Shown: positions 38,964-48,294 of the stretch, in pieces
How the letters are laid out: each line of letters begins with the position of its first letter
How positions within the stretch are numbered: the first letter of the stretch is position 1
From: Gemmatimonadaceae bacterium
Lineage (GTDB): Bacteria > Gemmatimonadota > Gemmatimonadetes > Gemmatimonadales > Gemmatimonadaceae
Reading direction: 5' to 3'
DNA length: 64,000 nt
NCBI GenBank assembly: GCA_051859245.1
Contig: JBHYGA010000004.1
Coordinates: forward strand, 1 to 64,000
Notes under the pieces: model-generated
The model's input: only the letters and a program-made list of their open reading frames with translations
What the model was told of the DNA's origin: nothing
Database searches by the model: none
Made by a program: the position numbers and the translations under genes

Positions 38964-39814
38964 GCGTCCACCGCGCGCGCACGCCACCAGATGGCACCAA
39001 GCGACACCCCCACGTACGCAGCCAGCACCGATACATACACACCGAGCGGATGCGCGATGGTACGCACCACGCGCCGCGCGGGTTCGTCGAACAACAAGCG
39101 GCTGCAGAAATCGAGCACCACAATGGGATTAAACAGCTGCGCGGTTTTTGTTTCCAGCACCGACGTGCTGCCGAGCGCAGTCGTGGCAGCGCCGAGCACA
39201 ATGAACAATCCAACGGCGGTAGCCGTGGCGAGATGTCGACGCGGTGTCCAGAATGCGATCGCCGATGTCACCGTGCCGAGCAAGGCAGACGCGAGCAACG
39301 ATACAGCGAGAATCGGTCCGATCGTAGCCCAACGCTCCTGAAACGCGGCCACCGTGTCTTCCGCCATGCCAATGCCCCCGAACAACAGCACCAGCTGCGG
39401 AATGAGCACCATGCAAAAGATTGCGACCAGTACGGACATCAAGCGCGCCGACGCGTATTGCATGCGCGACAAATCACGCGAGAACATGAGTGGCAATACA
39501 CGGTTGGCCTGATCGCGACTGAACAGCTCGGGTGACTGCGCCGCGGCAAACAGAATGTACAGAATCGACACACCGGTGAAGTACGCCGCGTGTCGAATGG
39601 GCATGCCCGTTTCCGACGACACGAACACCGAAATGAACGCCGGAATGTTTGACATGATGAGCACGAACACGGGCAGCGCCTTGGCGCGCGCCGGTCGACC
39701 GAGTCCGAACAACGTGCGGATGCCGTGTGTAAACAACGCACTCCACGCGGCGCGCGACGACAGCCGTTCACCGTCGTAGCGACGGTAACCGAGATCGTGA
39801 ATAGTGCTCGTCAC
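38960..39814 (-). CDS. ABC-2 type permease
   Basis: IHDLGYRRYDG N-terminus; SRD....LPL.FSR; 6 TM segments. Confidence 0.88.
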   Translation of the reverse strand: MTSTIHDLGYRRYDGERLSSRAAWSALFTHGIRTLFGLGRPARAKALPVFVLIMSNIPAFISVFVSSETGMPIRHAAYFTGVSILYILFAAAQSPELFSRDQANRVLPLMFSRDLSRMQYASARLMSVLVAIFCMVLIPQLVLLFGGIGMAEDTVAAFQERWATIGPILAVSLLASALLGTVTSAIAFWTPRRHLATATAVGLFIVLGAATTALGSTSVLETKTAQLFNPIVVLDFCSRLLFDEPARRVVRTIAHPLGVYVSVLAAYVGVSLGAIWWRARAVDA

Positions 39815-40785
39815 GCGACACGCTCCGGCGCAAACGCGACAGCACTGCCCGTCGAGGCGGAACCAGTATCGGCGTTGCTGGCGAACAAAGCGTCAAGCCG
39901 CGTGCGTCCACGTTCCAGTCGCAACAATCCCGCGCCCGCCGCAACACACGCGTCACGCACCGCGTCAGCCGCACGCGCTGCGACTTCGCGATCACCCGCT
40001 GGCAGCATCAATACGAAGCCTGTTCGATCTCGCGTCACCGTCCACTGTGCGTTCACCAGCGCGTTGATCACACCGTCTACATCACCGTCTACTTCGATCG
40101 CGAGCTGCGGAATTTCACTGGTCAGCGCATCCACCGCGATCTGATGTTGCAGCGCACCGCGCTCAATGGCCACAATGCTCGTGCACGTACGTTCCAGTTC
40201 GCCAAGCAAATGCGACGACACCAACACGCTGATGCCAAACTCGCGCCCCGTGCGCCGCACCAGCGCGAGCATTTCATCGCGACCGGCCGGATCAAGTCCG
40301 TTGGTGGGTTCATCAAGCACCAGCAACCGCGGATCATGCACGAGCGCCTGCGCCAACTTCACACGCTGCTGCATGCCTGTTGAGTACGTGCCCATGGGGC
40401 GATAGCGCTCTTCGAACAAACCCACATGTCGGAGGACTTCGGCCGCCCGTTCGCGCGCCGCCGTTCGCGGCAATCCGGAAAGCTGACCGAGATGCATCAC
40501 AAACTCGGCCGCGCTTGCATCGGGCGGCAAACAATCGTGCTCCGGCATGTAACCCACGAGTCGGCGAATCAGCGTACGATCACGCACCACATCGTGACCG
40601 AGCACGGTGGCATTGCCGCCGCTCGGCTCGAGCAGCCCAAGCAGAATGCGCAAGAAGGTGCTCTTGCCCGCACCGTTGGCGCCCACGATTCCGGTTATGC
40701 CCGCCGGAATTGAGACGCTCAATGCATCGAGCGCCGTGACGGCCCCGAAGCGGCGTGTGAGCGCGGTGGCCGTAACGACGTCGAT
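39811..40785 (-). CDS. ABC transporter ATP-binding protein; no canonical start at the expected position (ATC at 40785 proposed)
   Basis: GANGAGKS, YSTGMQQR and LDEP; N-terminal homology (DVVTATALTRRFGAVTALDAL) extends 21 codons upstream of the TTG at 40722. Confidence 0.88.
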   Translation of the reverse strand: MDVVTATALTRRFGAVTALDALSVSIPAGITGIVGANGAGKSTFLRILLGLLEPSGGNATVLGHDVVRDRTLIRRLVGYMPEHDCLPPDASAAEFVMHLGQLSGLPRTAARERAAEVLRHVGLFEERYRPMGTYSTGMQQRVKLAQALVHDPRLLVLDEPTNGLDPAGRDEMLALVRRTGREFGISVLVSSHLLGELERTCTSIVAIERGALQHQIAVDALTSEIPQLAIEVDGDVDGVINALVNAQWTVTRDRTGFVLMLPAGDREVAARAADAVRDACVAAGAGLLRLERGRTRLDALFASNADTGSASTGSAVAFAPERVA

Positions 40786-40788
40786 GGC

Positions 40789-41319
40789 TCAGTCCTCGAG
40801 TGGCGTGGTCTCGCTGCTCGAGTCGTCGGGTTCGCTGTCTGGGACATCACGGCCAGCCGCAACAAGCGCGGCGGCATCGGCGGGTGCTGGCAGAACCACG
40901 CCAGCGCGTGCGGCGCGGAATTCGAGCGTTTGTGGGTCACGCAGACTGCGCAACAGCGCGTCGGCCTCCCGATTCTGCAGATAACGCCCCTTTTCCCAGC
41001 CCGCCACGATGCCCTTGGGTGTTCCGTAACAGAGATCGGCCAACTGCGCCGAGGTGAGCCCGATCGACTCGCGCAGCTGCTTGATTTCCTTTGGAAGCAG
41101 CAGCCCGTGCTCTGTACGGATCAGGTCCGTGGCTTGTTTCTCGGCCGCGTCGCGCTGTTCGATGGTGCGCTGCTCGTGGCCGCACTTCTCGCACCTGAAG
41201 AACTCGCGCGTGACTTCGGCGCCCATGCCGCTCAAGCGGATGGTGACCTGCTCGGTGTGCAGCGTATACCGACCACCGCACCCGCGATGCAGCGATCCCT
41301 CCAGCGACGCCAGACTCAT
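40789..41319 (-). CDS. MqsA/YgiT-like zinc-finger + HTH protein (orphan antitoxin-like regulator)
   Basis: HRGC...CEKC knuckles; LLLPKEIKQLRESIGLT.AQLA...V..WEKGR HTH. Confidence 0.82.
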   Translation of the reverse strand: MSLASLEGSLHRGCGGRYTLHTEQVTIRLSGMGAEVTREFFRCEKCGHEQRTIEQRDAAEKQATDLIRTEHGLLLPKEIKQLRESIGLTSAQLADLCYGTPKGIVAGWEKGRYLQNREADALLRSLRDPQTLEFRAARAGVVLPAPADAAALVAAGRDVPDSEPDDSSSETTPLED

Positions 41320-41508
41320 GACACTCCGGGAAAACGGGACAAACAGGGCTTTGATGGCCGCGAACGACCTGGTCGAAGAGTGGCGGGTGCACCCCCGATT
41401 GCGCCACCCCGCCACGGGGCCTCCCGACGACCAGAAGTTATGGGGTGGCACTCAAGAGTCGGCGGTCCGCCGCCGATCCTCCCTACATACCCTCACCCCC
41501 CGACGTCC

Positions 41509-42696
41509 ATGTCCGACCTTTGCGTGGTTCGCCAGCCGATTTTTACCGGCGCTGGTGAACTGATCGGCTACGAAATCCGCTTTCGAGACACCCCTGAAGG
41601 GCGCGATGCCTTTGCGCAGAGCTTCCTCACCGGTGGATTTGACAACATTCGTGCCGATTATCCGGCGTTCGTACCGTGCTCGCGTGGGCAGTTTCTTGGA
41701 CAGATCATTCAGCTCGCCGATCCGCACACCACCATTCCGCTCATTCCGCCTGATGTTGGCTCGGAACCGGAAGTGATCGACGCGATCGAGCGGTTCTGCA
41801 GCGCGGGCGGACAGATAGCGCTCGATCAGGTGACCGAGCAACCGGCCGCGTCTGACGCGCTGCTTCCATATGCACGTTGGGTTCGACTCGATGTGCGATC
41901 GGAAGACGTGCGGGCGCTCGTTACCACCATGTCGCGTGTGCGCGTACGGCGCGACATGCAGTTGATTGCTGATCACATTTACGATCCGCAGCAACTGGCA
42001 CTGGCCAAGCAGCTCAAGTTTGACGCGTTTCAGGGTGCGCAGTTCAGTCGCCCCGAATTGCTGCCGCAATCGGAAGTGCCGTCATCGACAATTTCTGCGT
42101 TGCGGCTGCTCAGTCAGGCGCGTGATCCAAACGTTCAGGATCGTGCGCTCGAAGACGCGATCGCGGTTGACCCGGTGCTCACGTTTCAGCTGCTGCGCAT
42201 TGTGAACTCCGCGTCGGTGGGCGCGCGTGGCGTGACGTCTATTGGTCACGCCCTGCGTTTGATCGGACGCAACGCACTGCTGCGTTGGTTGGCACTCGCG
42301 ATTGCCGCTACGCGTCGCGGCACGTCAGATGTCGACGAGCATCTCGTGCGCCAGGCGGTGGAACGCGCGCGACTGTGCGAAATGCTCGCGGGTTCAGGGC
42401 GGGATTCCGGCACCCTGTTTCTCGTGGGACTGTTTTCGCTGCTCGACGTGGTGTTCCGCATGCCGATCGAAGAGCTGGTGGGCCGCGTGGCACTCGCCGA
42501 TGACGCCAAAGAGGCGCTGCTTGATCGCGCTGGTCCGTACGCCGACGCGCTGAACTTCGCCGAGTCCTACGAGCTCGGATTGTTTGAGAGCGCGGCCGAA
42601 GTCGCGAAAGACATGGGCGTTGACCCGGCCACGATTGGCGAGATCTACGCCGGCGCGTTGCAGTGGACCAGCGAAATGCTCTCGACTGCGGCGTGA
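41509..42696 (+). CDS. EAL-like/HDOD domain protein (degenerate EAL)
   Basis: VRQPIF...GYEIRFR; FQG..FSRP; HDOD motifs DPVLTFQLLRIVNS, SIGHAL.LIG and FLVGLFSLLD. Confidence 0.88.
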   Translation: MSDLCVVRQPIFTGAGELIGYEIRFRDTPEGRDAFAQSFLTGGFDNIRADYPAFVPCSRGQFLGQIIQLADPHTTIPLIPPDVGSEPEVIDAIERFCSAGGQIALDQVTEQPAASDALLPYARWVRLDVRSEDVRALVTTMSRVRVRRDMQLIADHIYDPQQLALAKQLKFDAFQGAQFSRPELLPQSEVPSSTISALRLLSQARDPNVQDRALEDAIAVDPVLTFQLLRIVNSASVGARGVTSIGHALRLIGRNALLRWLALAIAATRRGTSDVDEHLVRQAVERARLCEMLAGSGRDSGTLFLVGLFSLLDVVFRMPIEELVGRVALADDAKEALLDRAGPYADALNFAESYELGLFESAAEVAKDMGVDPATIGEIYAGALQWTSEMLSTAA

Positions 42697-42760
42697 TGCA
42701 CGAGACTCGCGTCATCTGATGTTGTTTTGACGCAGCGACGTGCCCGTCTAAACTTCGGGC

Positions 42761-43300
42761 ATGTCACTCGACACACGAATTTCAGCGGAGCCGCGCGCCG
42801 TGATGGTGCGTTCTCGCGTTACGCGCTTTACACACACTGCCGGTGCATGCTTGCTCGTGCTGAGCGCGCTGTCGGCGTGCGAGCGCCCGTCTCAAGACGT
42901 TCAAGTAGCCGCCGAGACTGCGCTCAGGCCTGATACCCTGTGGGTGGACAACGCCTGGATTCGCGCTGGCGCAAGCGGCGCAATTACGGGCGCGTACGCC
43001 ACGGTGCACAACCCGCTCGACAGTGCCGTCACGATCGCGGGTGCGCGAAGTACCGTCGCAGACACCGTTGAGCTGCACGAAACGATGGAGCACGACGGCA
43101 TGGTACACATGCAAGCGCAAACGGTGGTGGTACTGCCAGCGCGTGACTCCGTCGTGTTTGCGCCGGGTGGCAAACACCTCATGTTGCGCGGACTGCGACG
43201 CACACTCGCGGCCGGCGAGCAGGTGCCGATGCAGTTGTTGTTAACCAACGGCGACTCACTGAGTTTTTCGGCCACAGTGCGTTCAATTACCGGGCAATAG
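42761..43300 (+). CDS. PCu(A)C copper chaperone (lipoprotein)
   Basis: VELHETM...GM..M and F.PGG.HLML; lipobox LSAC; start uncertain. Confidence 0.9.
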   Translation: MSLDTRISAEPRAVMVRSRVTRFTHTAGACLLVLSALSACERPSQDVQVAAETALRPDTLWVDNAWIRAGASGAITGAYATVHNPLDSAVTIAGARSTVADTVELHETMEHDGMVHMQAQTVVVLPARDSVVFAPGGKHLMLRGLRRTLAAGEQVPMQLLLTNGDSLSFSATVRSITGQ

Positions 43301-43324
43301 CCGGCGACCTGTACGGGTTGTGTA

Positions 43325-44164
43325 TCAGCTCAGCGCTGGAGGCTCACTCTCGCCGAGCCACCCGGTCACGGCCAGCACGAGCAGTGTGAGTAGTACTTCA
43401 AGTTGAAGTGATCGGCGCATTGCCATGACATCGGTCTTCGACGAACGCACCAGTTGCAGGTGATGACGTGCACCCAGCGCCAGCACGAGTGCCACGAATC
43501 CCGTTTTGATCAGCACCAGGCGACCATAGCCGGGTTCCAGCAACTGCCACGGTGACCCTAGTCGCGTCCACACCGTGATCACACCGCTGACCACAACCAC
43601 TGGTGCAGCAATGAGTGCGATCGCGCCGTAGCGCGGCACGAGCGGATGCAACGCGTGCACATCGTTCCACCACGGGCGCGCGAGCAATGCGAGTGTCCCC
43701 AGCCACACCGCAGCGGCAGTCGCGTGCACACCCGTGAGCGCGAAGGCCAGCAGTTGGTTGTCTGCAGCGGCCGCATGCCCGAGCCACGGCACCAGCGCCA
43801 ACAGCATCACCGCCAGCACCCGTGCCGACATGTTGGTGAAACGCGCCGGCAACGCCGCGCCTAACAGTGCGGCGAGCGCGAGCAATGCCAGTGCTGCGCG
43901 CGTGCGTCCCCAGTTTGTACCCGCCAGCATGGCAAACGTATCGGCGATCGGCGATGCGTCGGGCGCGAACGCGTCAAACGCGAGGAGCTGCCCACCCGCT
44001 TGCACGATGACAGCAAACGTGAGCGCGAGTGCCGCGTAGAGCATTGGTACGCGAATGGCGCGTGACGGCGCGAGCCACGTGCAGACGGCAGCGCCCACCA
44101 GTATGAAGGCACCCGTGAGCGCGAGTGCGCGTCCACCGGCCGTGAGCAGGAGAGGCAGGTCCAT
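43325..44164 (-). CDS. copD: CopD family copper-resistance/uptake membrane protein
   Basis: GHAA, H..AAAVWLG and YGRLVLIK; ~8 TM segments. Confidence 0.82.
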   Translation of the reverse strand: MDLPLLLTAGGRALALTGAFILVGAAVCTWLAPSRAIRVPMLYAALALTFAVIVQAGGQLLAFDAFAPDASPIADTFAMLAGTNWGRTRAALALLALAALLGAALPARFTNMSARVLAVMLLALVPWLGHAAAADNQLLAFALTGVHATAAAVWLGTLALLARPWWNDVHALHPLVPRYGAIALIAAPVVVVSGVITVWTRLGSPWQLLEPGYGRLVLIKTGFVALVLALGARHHLQLVRSSKTDVMAMRRSLQLEVLLTLLVLAVTGWLGESEPPALS

Positions 44165-44358
44165 GGCGAATGCCGAGAGGCTGGTCGTGATGTGGGTCGT
44201 AGTGCAGGTCGTAATACAGGCCGTGACGATTGGAATGAATCCGTTGCGCAGCGCACGCGCGTTCCTGCTGGCGTGCTTCCCCGACGCGGCGACGCGTTGC
44301 AATGTACGAGTGGTACCTCCCCCATGCGGCATCCGTTGTCTCTCCTGCAGGAACTCAC

Positions 44359-44949
44359 GTGTTCACTCCTCGCGCGCGTCTCGTTTTGTTCTTCGGTTGG
44401 TTGGTCGTTGCTGCCTGCGGCGGCGGCAAAGCGGATTCGTCACCAATCGCGACGTCTCGTGTTAGCGACACGTTGCCGAGCGTCCCCGAATCCGCGCGCA
44501 CCGCGACCGATAGCAGCGCGGCACGCGACTCAGCCCGTGTGGTGGACAGCATTGTGGCCGCCATTCGTGCCTGCCCGCGTGACGGTGCGTGGCATGAGTG
44601 CAGCCTGGAACGTCGGATCCAGATGTCCGGATTTCGCACCGTTCGTGCGGACTCGGTGGCTCGCATTCCAGGCGTCGACCGAGACGGCACGTTGTGGCTG
44701 CTTGGTCGGCAGTCGCTGCACGTGATCTTTTTTGCGTCGGCGAGCGCGGCGGAGCAGGCTATGCAGACGCTCGACTCGTCGCGTGCCGCACCGCGAGCCG
44801 ATACTGCGGCATACTGGCCGGAGCGCCCGACGCTGATTCGGTCAGCCAACGCGTTGGCCGTGCTGGTGGGCGGCTCCGATCGCACGGTCGAGCGTATTGC
44901 CAACGCGATTACGGCCGGCCCTCCGCAGCCCGAACGAACAACCCCCTAG
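44359..44949 (+). CDS. Hypothetical lipoprotein
   Basis: Lipobox VAAC; CPRDG.W..C motif; start uncertain. Confidence 0.65.
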   Translation: MFTPRARLVLFFGWLVVAACGGGKADSSPIATSRVSDTLPSVPESARTATDSSAARDSARVVDSIVAAIRACPRDGAWHECSLERRIQMSGFRTVRADSVARIPGVDRDGTLWLLGRQSLHVIFFASASAAEQAMQTLDSSRAAPRADTAAYWPERPTLIRSANALAVLVGGSDRTVERIANAITAGPPQPERTTP

Positions 44950-45173
44950 ACTGGATACTTTGTTCGGCTTTTATTCGATATGGCCGTTACATTTTTGGCG
45001 TTGTATCGCAGTTTTTGCGTTTTGTGCAAGATTTGCGTGTCATTTGCGTGATTTGGGATTGAGAACGTTCTCGATTTGAGTACTTTTCTGCACACAATGC
45101 AGAATGCGACCACCGATCAGGCTTTCCGGTGCGGCGCACTCCACTCACGATCTCCTCAACGCTCTCAACGGTC

Positions 45174-47402
45174 ATGGCCATCGACTCGATTAACCCGCGC
45201 TTTGCGATTCTGCGCGAGATCACGCAGCGTGCTGTGCGTATCACACCTCGCCCGGTCGACGAAAACGGCGTGGTGCTGCCAACGTCTTCGTTCTTTGGCG
45301 ACAATACCTTTGGCCTGCGCCAGATGCGCACCAAGCTGCCGGCGCATGTCTACGCGTCGCTCGCCGATTCCGTGCGACTCGGCCGCAAGCTCGACAGCGA
45401 GATTGCACCGATTGTCGCGCAGGCCATCAAGGAATGGGCGATTTCGCGCGGCGTCACGCACTTCACGCACTGGTTCCAGCCGCAGACAGGGCTCACGGCC
45501 GAAAAGCATGACGCGTTTCTGGGCTTTGACGAAAACGGATTGCCGATTGAGCAGTTCTCGGGCGAGCAGCTGATTCAGTCGGAACCCGATGCATCGAGCT
45601 TCCCGAGCGGTGGACTGCGCGCCACGTGGGAAGCGCGTGGTTACACGGCCTGGAATCCGGCCAGCCCGGTGTTCATTGACGAAGAGGGTGGCACGCGCAC
45701 GCTCTGCGTCCCGTCGGTGTTCATTGGTTATAACGGTGAAGCGCTCGACGAAATGACGCCGCTGCTGCGCAGCTCGGATGTCATTTCACAGAAGGCGATG
45801 GCGTTGCTTGAGCTGATCGGTGATACGGGCGTGCAGCGTGTGGTGACCACGCTTGGTCCGGAGCAGGAGTTCTTCATGATCGATCGTGGGCACTTTGCAC
45901 TGCGCCCCGACCTGGTCATGGCGCGTCGCACGTTGCTCGGCGCCGAACCGCCACGTGGACAGCAGCTCGAAGACCACTATTTCGGTGGCATTCCGGAGCG
46001 CGTCCAGGCGTGCATCAGCGAAGTGGAAACGGATCTGTACAAGCTTGGCGTACCGATCATGACGCGTCATAACGAAGTCGCACCGTGTCAGTTCGAGATG
46101 GCACCGCTGTACGAAGAGACCGATGTGGCCGTTGATCACAACCACATGGTCATGGAAGTGCTCAAGAAAGTCGCCATGCGTCATGGTCTGCAGGCCATCA
46201 TGCACGAAAAGCCGTTCGCGGGCATCAACGGATCGGGCAAGCACTGCAATTGGTCGCTGGCGATCACGTCGGACAACTCGCTCGACGGCATGAACCTGCT
46301 CAAGCCCGGCAAAACGCCGCACGAAAACCTGCGCTTCCTGCTGTTCCTTGCCGCGGTGCTGAAGGGTGTGCACAAGCATGGTGCGTTGTTGCGCGCGGGC
46401 ATTGCCACAAGCGGCAACGAACATCGCCTGGGCGCCAACGAAGCGCCACCGGCCATCATCTCCGTGTTCCTTGGTCGGTCGCTCACGCAGGTGTGCGATG
46501 ATATTGCCGCGGGCAAGACGGGCAAAGGATCGGCAGAGCAGACGATGCTCAAGCTCGGCGTCGACAAGTTGCCGGAAGTGGTGCAGGACAACACAGATCG
46601 TAATCGCACATCGCCGTTTGCCTTTACCGGCGCGAAGTTTGAGTTCCGTGCAGTCGGCGGATCGCAGAGCATTGCGTTCCCCGTGATGTTGCTGCAGGCC
46701 GCCGTGGCGGAAGCGATTGATGAGATCACGGTGGATCTGAAGAAGGCACTCAAGTCCGCCAAGACCACCGGCGACGCGGTGCTGAGCGTGGTGCAGGCGG
46801 CGTTCAAGAGCACGGCTGCCATTCGTTTTGAAGGCAACAACTACTCAGACGAGTGGGTGGTGGAGGCCAAGAAGCGCGGCCTGCCGAACATGCGTCGCAC
46901 ACCAGAGGCGTTGCAGGCGCTGGTGAGTGATTCGTCGCGCAAGCTGTTCGAGCATACCGGCGTGCTGACCAAGCCCGAGCTCGACAGCCGCTATCACATC
47001 CGGCTTGAGCGCTACAACAAGGATCTGCTCATCGAGATGCACACGCTGCAGCAGATGGTGGACACGCAGATCCTGCCGGCCTGCTATACGTACTTTGGTG
47101 ACCTGTCGGGCGATGCAGGCCGTGGCGCCGCGTCGGGCATCAACTTGCAGCCGCTTATCAACGCCGCAAACACGGTGAGCAATCTGATCACGTCACTGCA
47201 GAAGGCGCGCACGGATCTGAGCAAGGTGCTGACCAAGGCCGAAGCGTTGCACGATGATATCGTGGCGCAGGGCGAGATCATTTCCACCACGGGCCGCGAA
47301 GCCATGGACGCGGTGCGCGTGGTGTGTGACTCACTCGAGCTCACCATCGGTGATTCGTACTGGCCGCTGCCGCGTTATCGTGAAATGCTGTTCCCGGTGT
47401 AA
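45174..47402 (+). CDS. glnA: Glutamine synthetase type III
   Basis: THFTHWFQP.TG.TAEKHD, EPDASSFPSGG, GPEQE, HNEVAP, EKPFAGINGSGKH, HRLGANEAPP and DRNRTSPFAFTG.KFEFR. Confidence 0.96.
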   Translation: MAIDSINPRFAILREITQRAVRITPRPVDENGVVLPTSSFFGDNTFGLRQMRTKLPAHVYASLADSVRLGRKLDSEIAPIVAQAIKEWAISRGVTHFTHWFQPQTGLTAEKHDAFLGFDENGLPIEQFSGEQLIQSEPDASSFPSGGLRATWEARGYTAWNPASPVFIDEEGGTRTLCVPSVFIGYNGEALDEMTPLLRSSDVISQKAMALLELIGDTGVQRVVTTLGPEQEFFMIDRGHFALRPDLVMARRTLLGAEPPRGQQLEDHYFGGIPERVQACISEVETDLYKLGVPIMTRHNEVAPCQFEMAPLYEETDVAVDHNHMVMEVLKKVAMRHGLQAIMHEKPFAGINGSGKHCNWSLAITSDNSLDGMNLLKPGKTPHENLRFLLFLAAVLKGVHKHGALLRAGIATSGNEHRLGANEAPPAIISVFLGRSLTQVCDDIAAGKTGKGSAEQTMLKLGVDKLPEVVQDNTDRNRTSPFAFTGAKFEFRAVGGSQSIAFPVMLLQAAVAEAIDEITVDLKKALKSAKTTGDAVLSVVQAAFKSTAAIRFEGNNYSDEWVVEAKKRGLPNMRRTPEALQALVSDSSRKLFEHTGVLTKPELDSRYHIRLERYNKDLLIEMHTLQQMVDTQILPACYTYFGDLSGDAGRGAASGINLQPLINAANTVSNLITSLQKARTDLSKVLTKAEALHDDIVAQGEIISTTGREAMDAVRVVCDSLELTIGDSYWPLPRYREMLFPV

Positions 47403-47423
47403 TCGCTGGCGACAACCCGAATA

Positions 47424-47465
47424 AAACAAAGCGGCGCCATCCTTTCGGGTGGCGCCGCTTTGTTT
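47424..47465. terminator. Bidirectional intrinsic terminator
   Basis: AAACAAAGCGGCGCCATCC-TTTC-GGGTGGCGCCGCTTTGTTT between convergent genes. Confidence 0.9.
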
Positions 47466-47501
47466 GCGCGAGCAATTCGCTGCTGGAGTCCGTCAGCGCA
47501 A

Positions 47502-48179
47502 CTACTGCCGATGATACGCGAGACCAGCACGATTGGCTTGTTCGATGGCGATCACCATTGCCGGCACCAGTTCAACACCGGGCAGGACATTCGCTTTCAT
47601 GTCGTTGTATACGGCATCCGCATTCAAGCCCTGACTCTGTGCAACCATACCGGCAAAAATGGTCAGCGCATTGTTGCACAGAATGAAACGCGTGCCACGC
47701 TTCTGGAGCGATTCGATACTGGCCGGTGCCAGGGCCATGCCGAGAATCTGCGGCTCCTTGCGCCACGGATTCGGCGTTGCGCCCGTGCCGGCATCCGCAC
47801 CCACACCCTTCAGGAAGGCCGCAAGATTGTATTTGGTCCACATCGCATCGGACAAGCCATGAAAGGTGGTTGAACCATAGAAGGTGCCAACCGTATTCAG
47901 CTTGGTATCGGCCACACCGTAGGCCTTGTTGTACGTATCAAGAAAGTTCATGATGTGCACAAGCGGGATACCACCAGCCGGTGCGGGCGAATCAAAGAGT
48001 TGTTTGTGTGCGCCGTTCAGTCCCTGCAGCCACTTGTCTTCAGGAGCGCTCGACGCGGCGCTGGCGATGGGCTCAAGGGTAGAGGCTTCGCTGTTGGGCG
48101 TTGTCACGAACGAGGCGATGATTGCGCCCGCAGCGACCGTTGCGATGAACGTGGTGCGCAATGTGGTTCGAGTAGACAT
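47502..48179 (-). CDS. Exported DsrE-like fold protein
   Basis: Signal-like N-terminus; L.KRG..F..C.NAL and PGV..VPA.V.A...A...G.AY. Confidence 0.65.
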   Translation of the reverse strand: MSTRTTLRTTFIATVAAGAIIASFVTTPNSEASTLEPIASAASSAPEDKWLQGLNGAHKQLFDSPAPAGGIPLVHIMNFLDTYNKAYGVADTKLNTVGTFYGSTTFHGLSDAMWTKYNLAAFLKGVGADAGTGATPNPWRKEPQILGMALAPASIESLQKRGTRFILCNNALTIFAGMVAQSQGLNADAVYNDMKANVLPGVELVPAMVIAIEQANRAGLAYHRQ

Positions 48180-48294
48180 TCGACTTCTCCGAGCAAAGGT
48201 GAGAGTAGCGAATCGTCGCACCTGAAACGTCCGCTTGCTCACATTGCGCGCAAGTCGGCTTGCGCCCGACAACCGCACATGTTCGCGCTACCTC

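Noticed and set aside
37995..39341. Long opposite-strand ORFs (448 aa here; also 52083-53234, 55555-56703, 28896-29840, 1070-1924)
   Set aside because: They are antisense shadows of well-supported genes in GC-rich DNA, with Arg/His-rich composition and no motifs.
40725..40791. UGA + hairpin as a canonical selenocysteine (SECIS) site
   Set aside because: The UGA is in a low-complexity linker rather than a redox motif, and the likely apical loop (CUCACA) lacks the expected G. Kept only as generic readthrough or coupling.
44995..45010. Sigma-54 promoter upstream of GS III (TGGCGTTGTATCGCA)
   Set aside because: GG-to-GC spacing is 9 nt, not the required 10.
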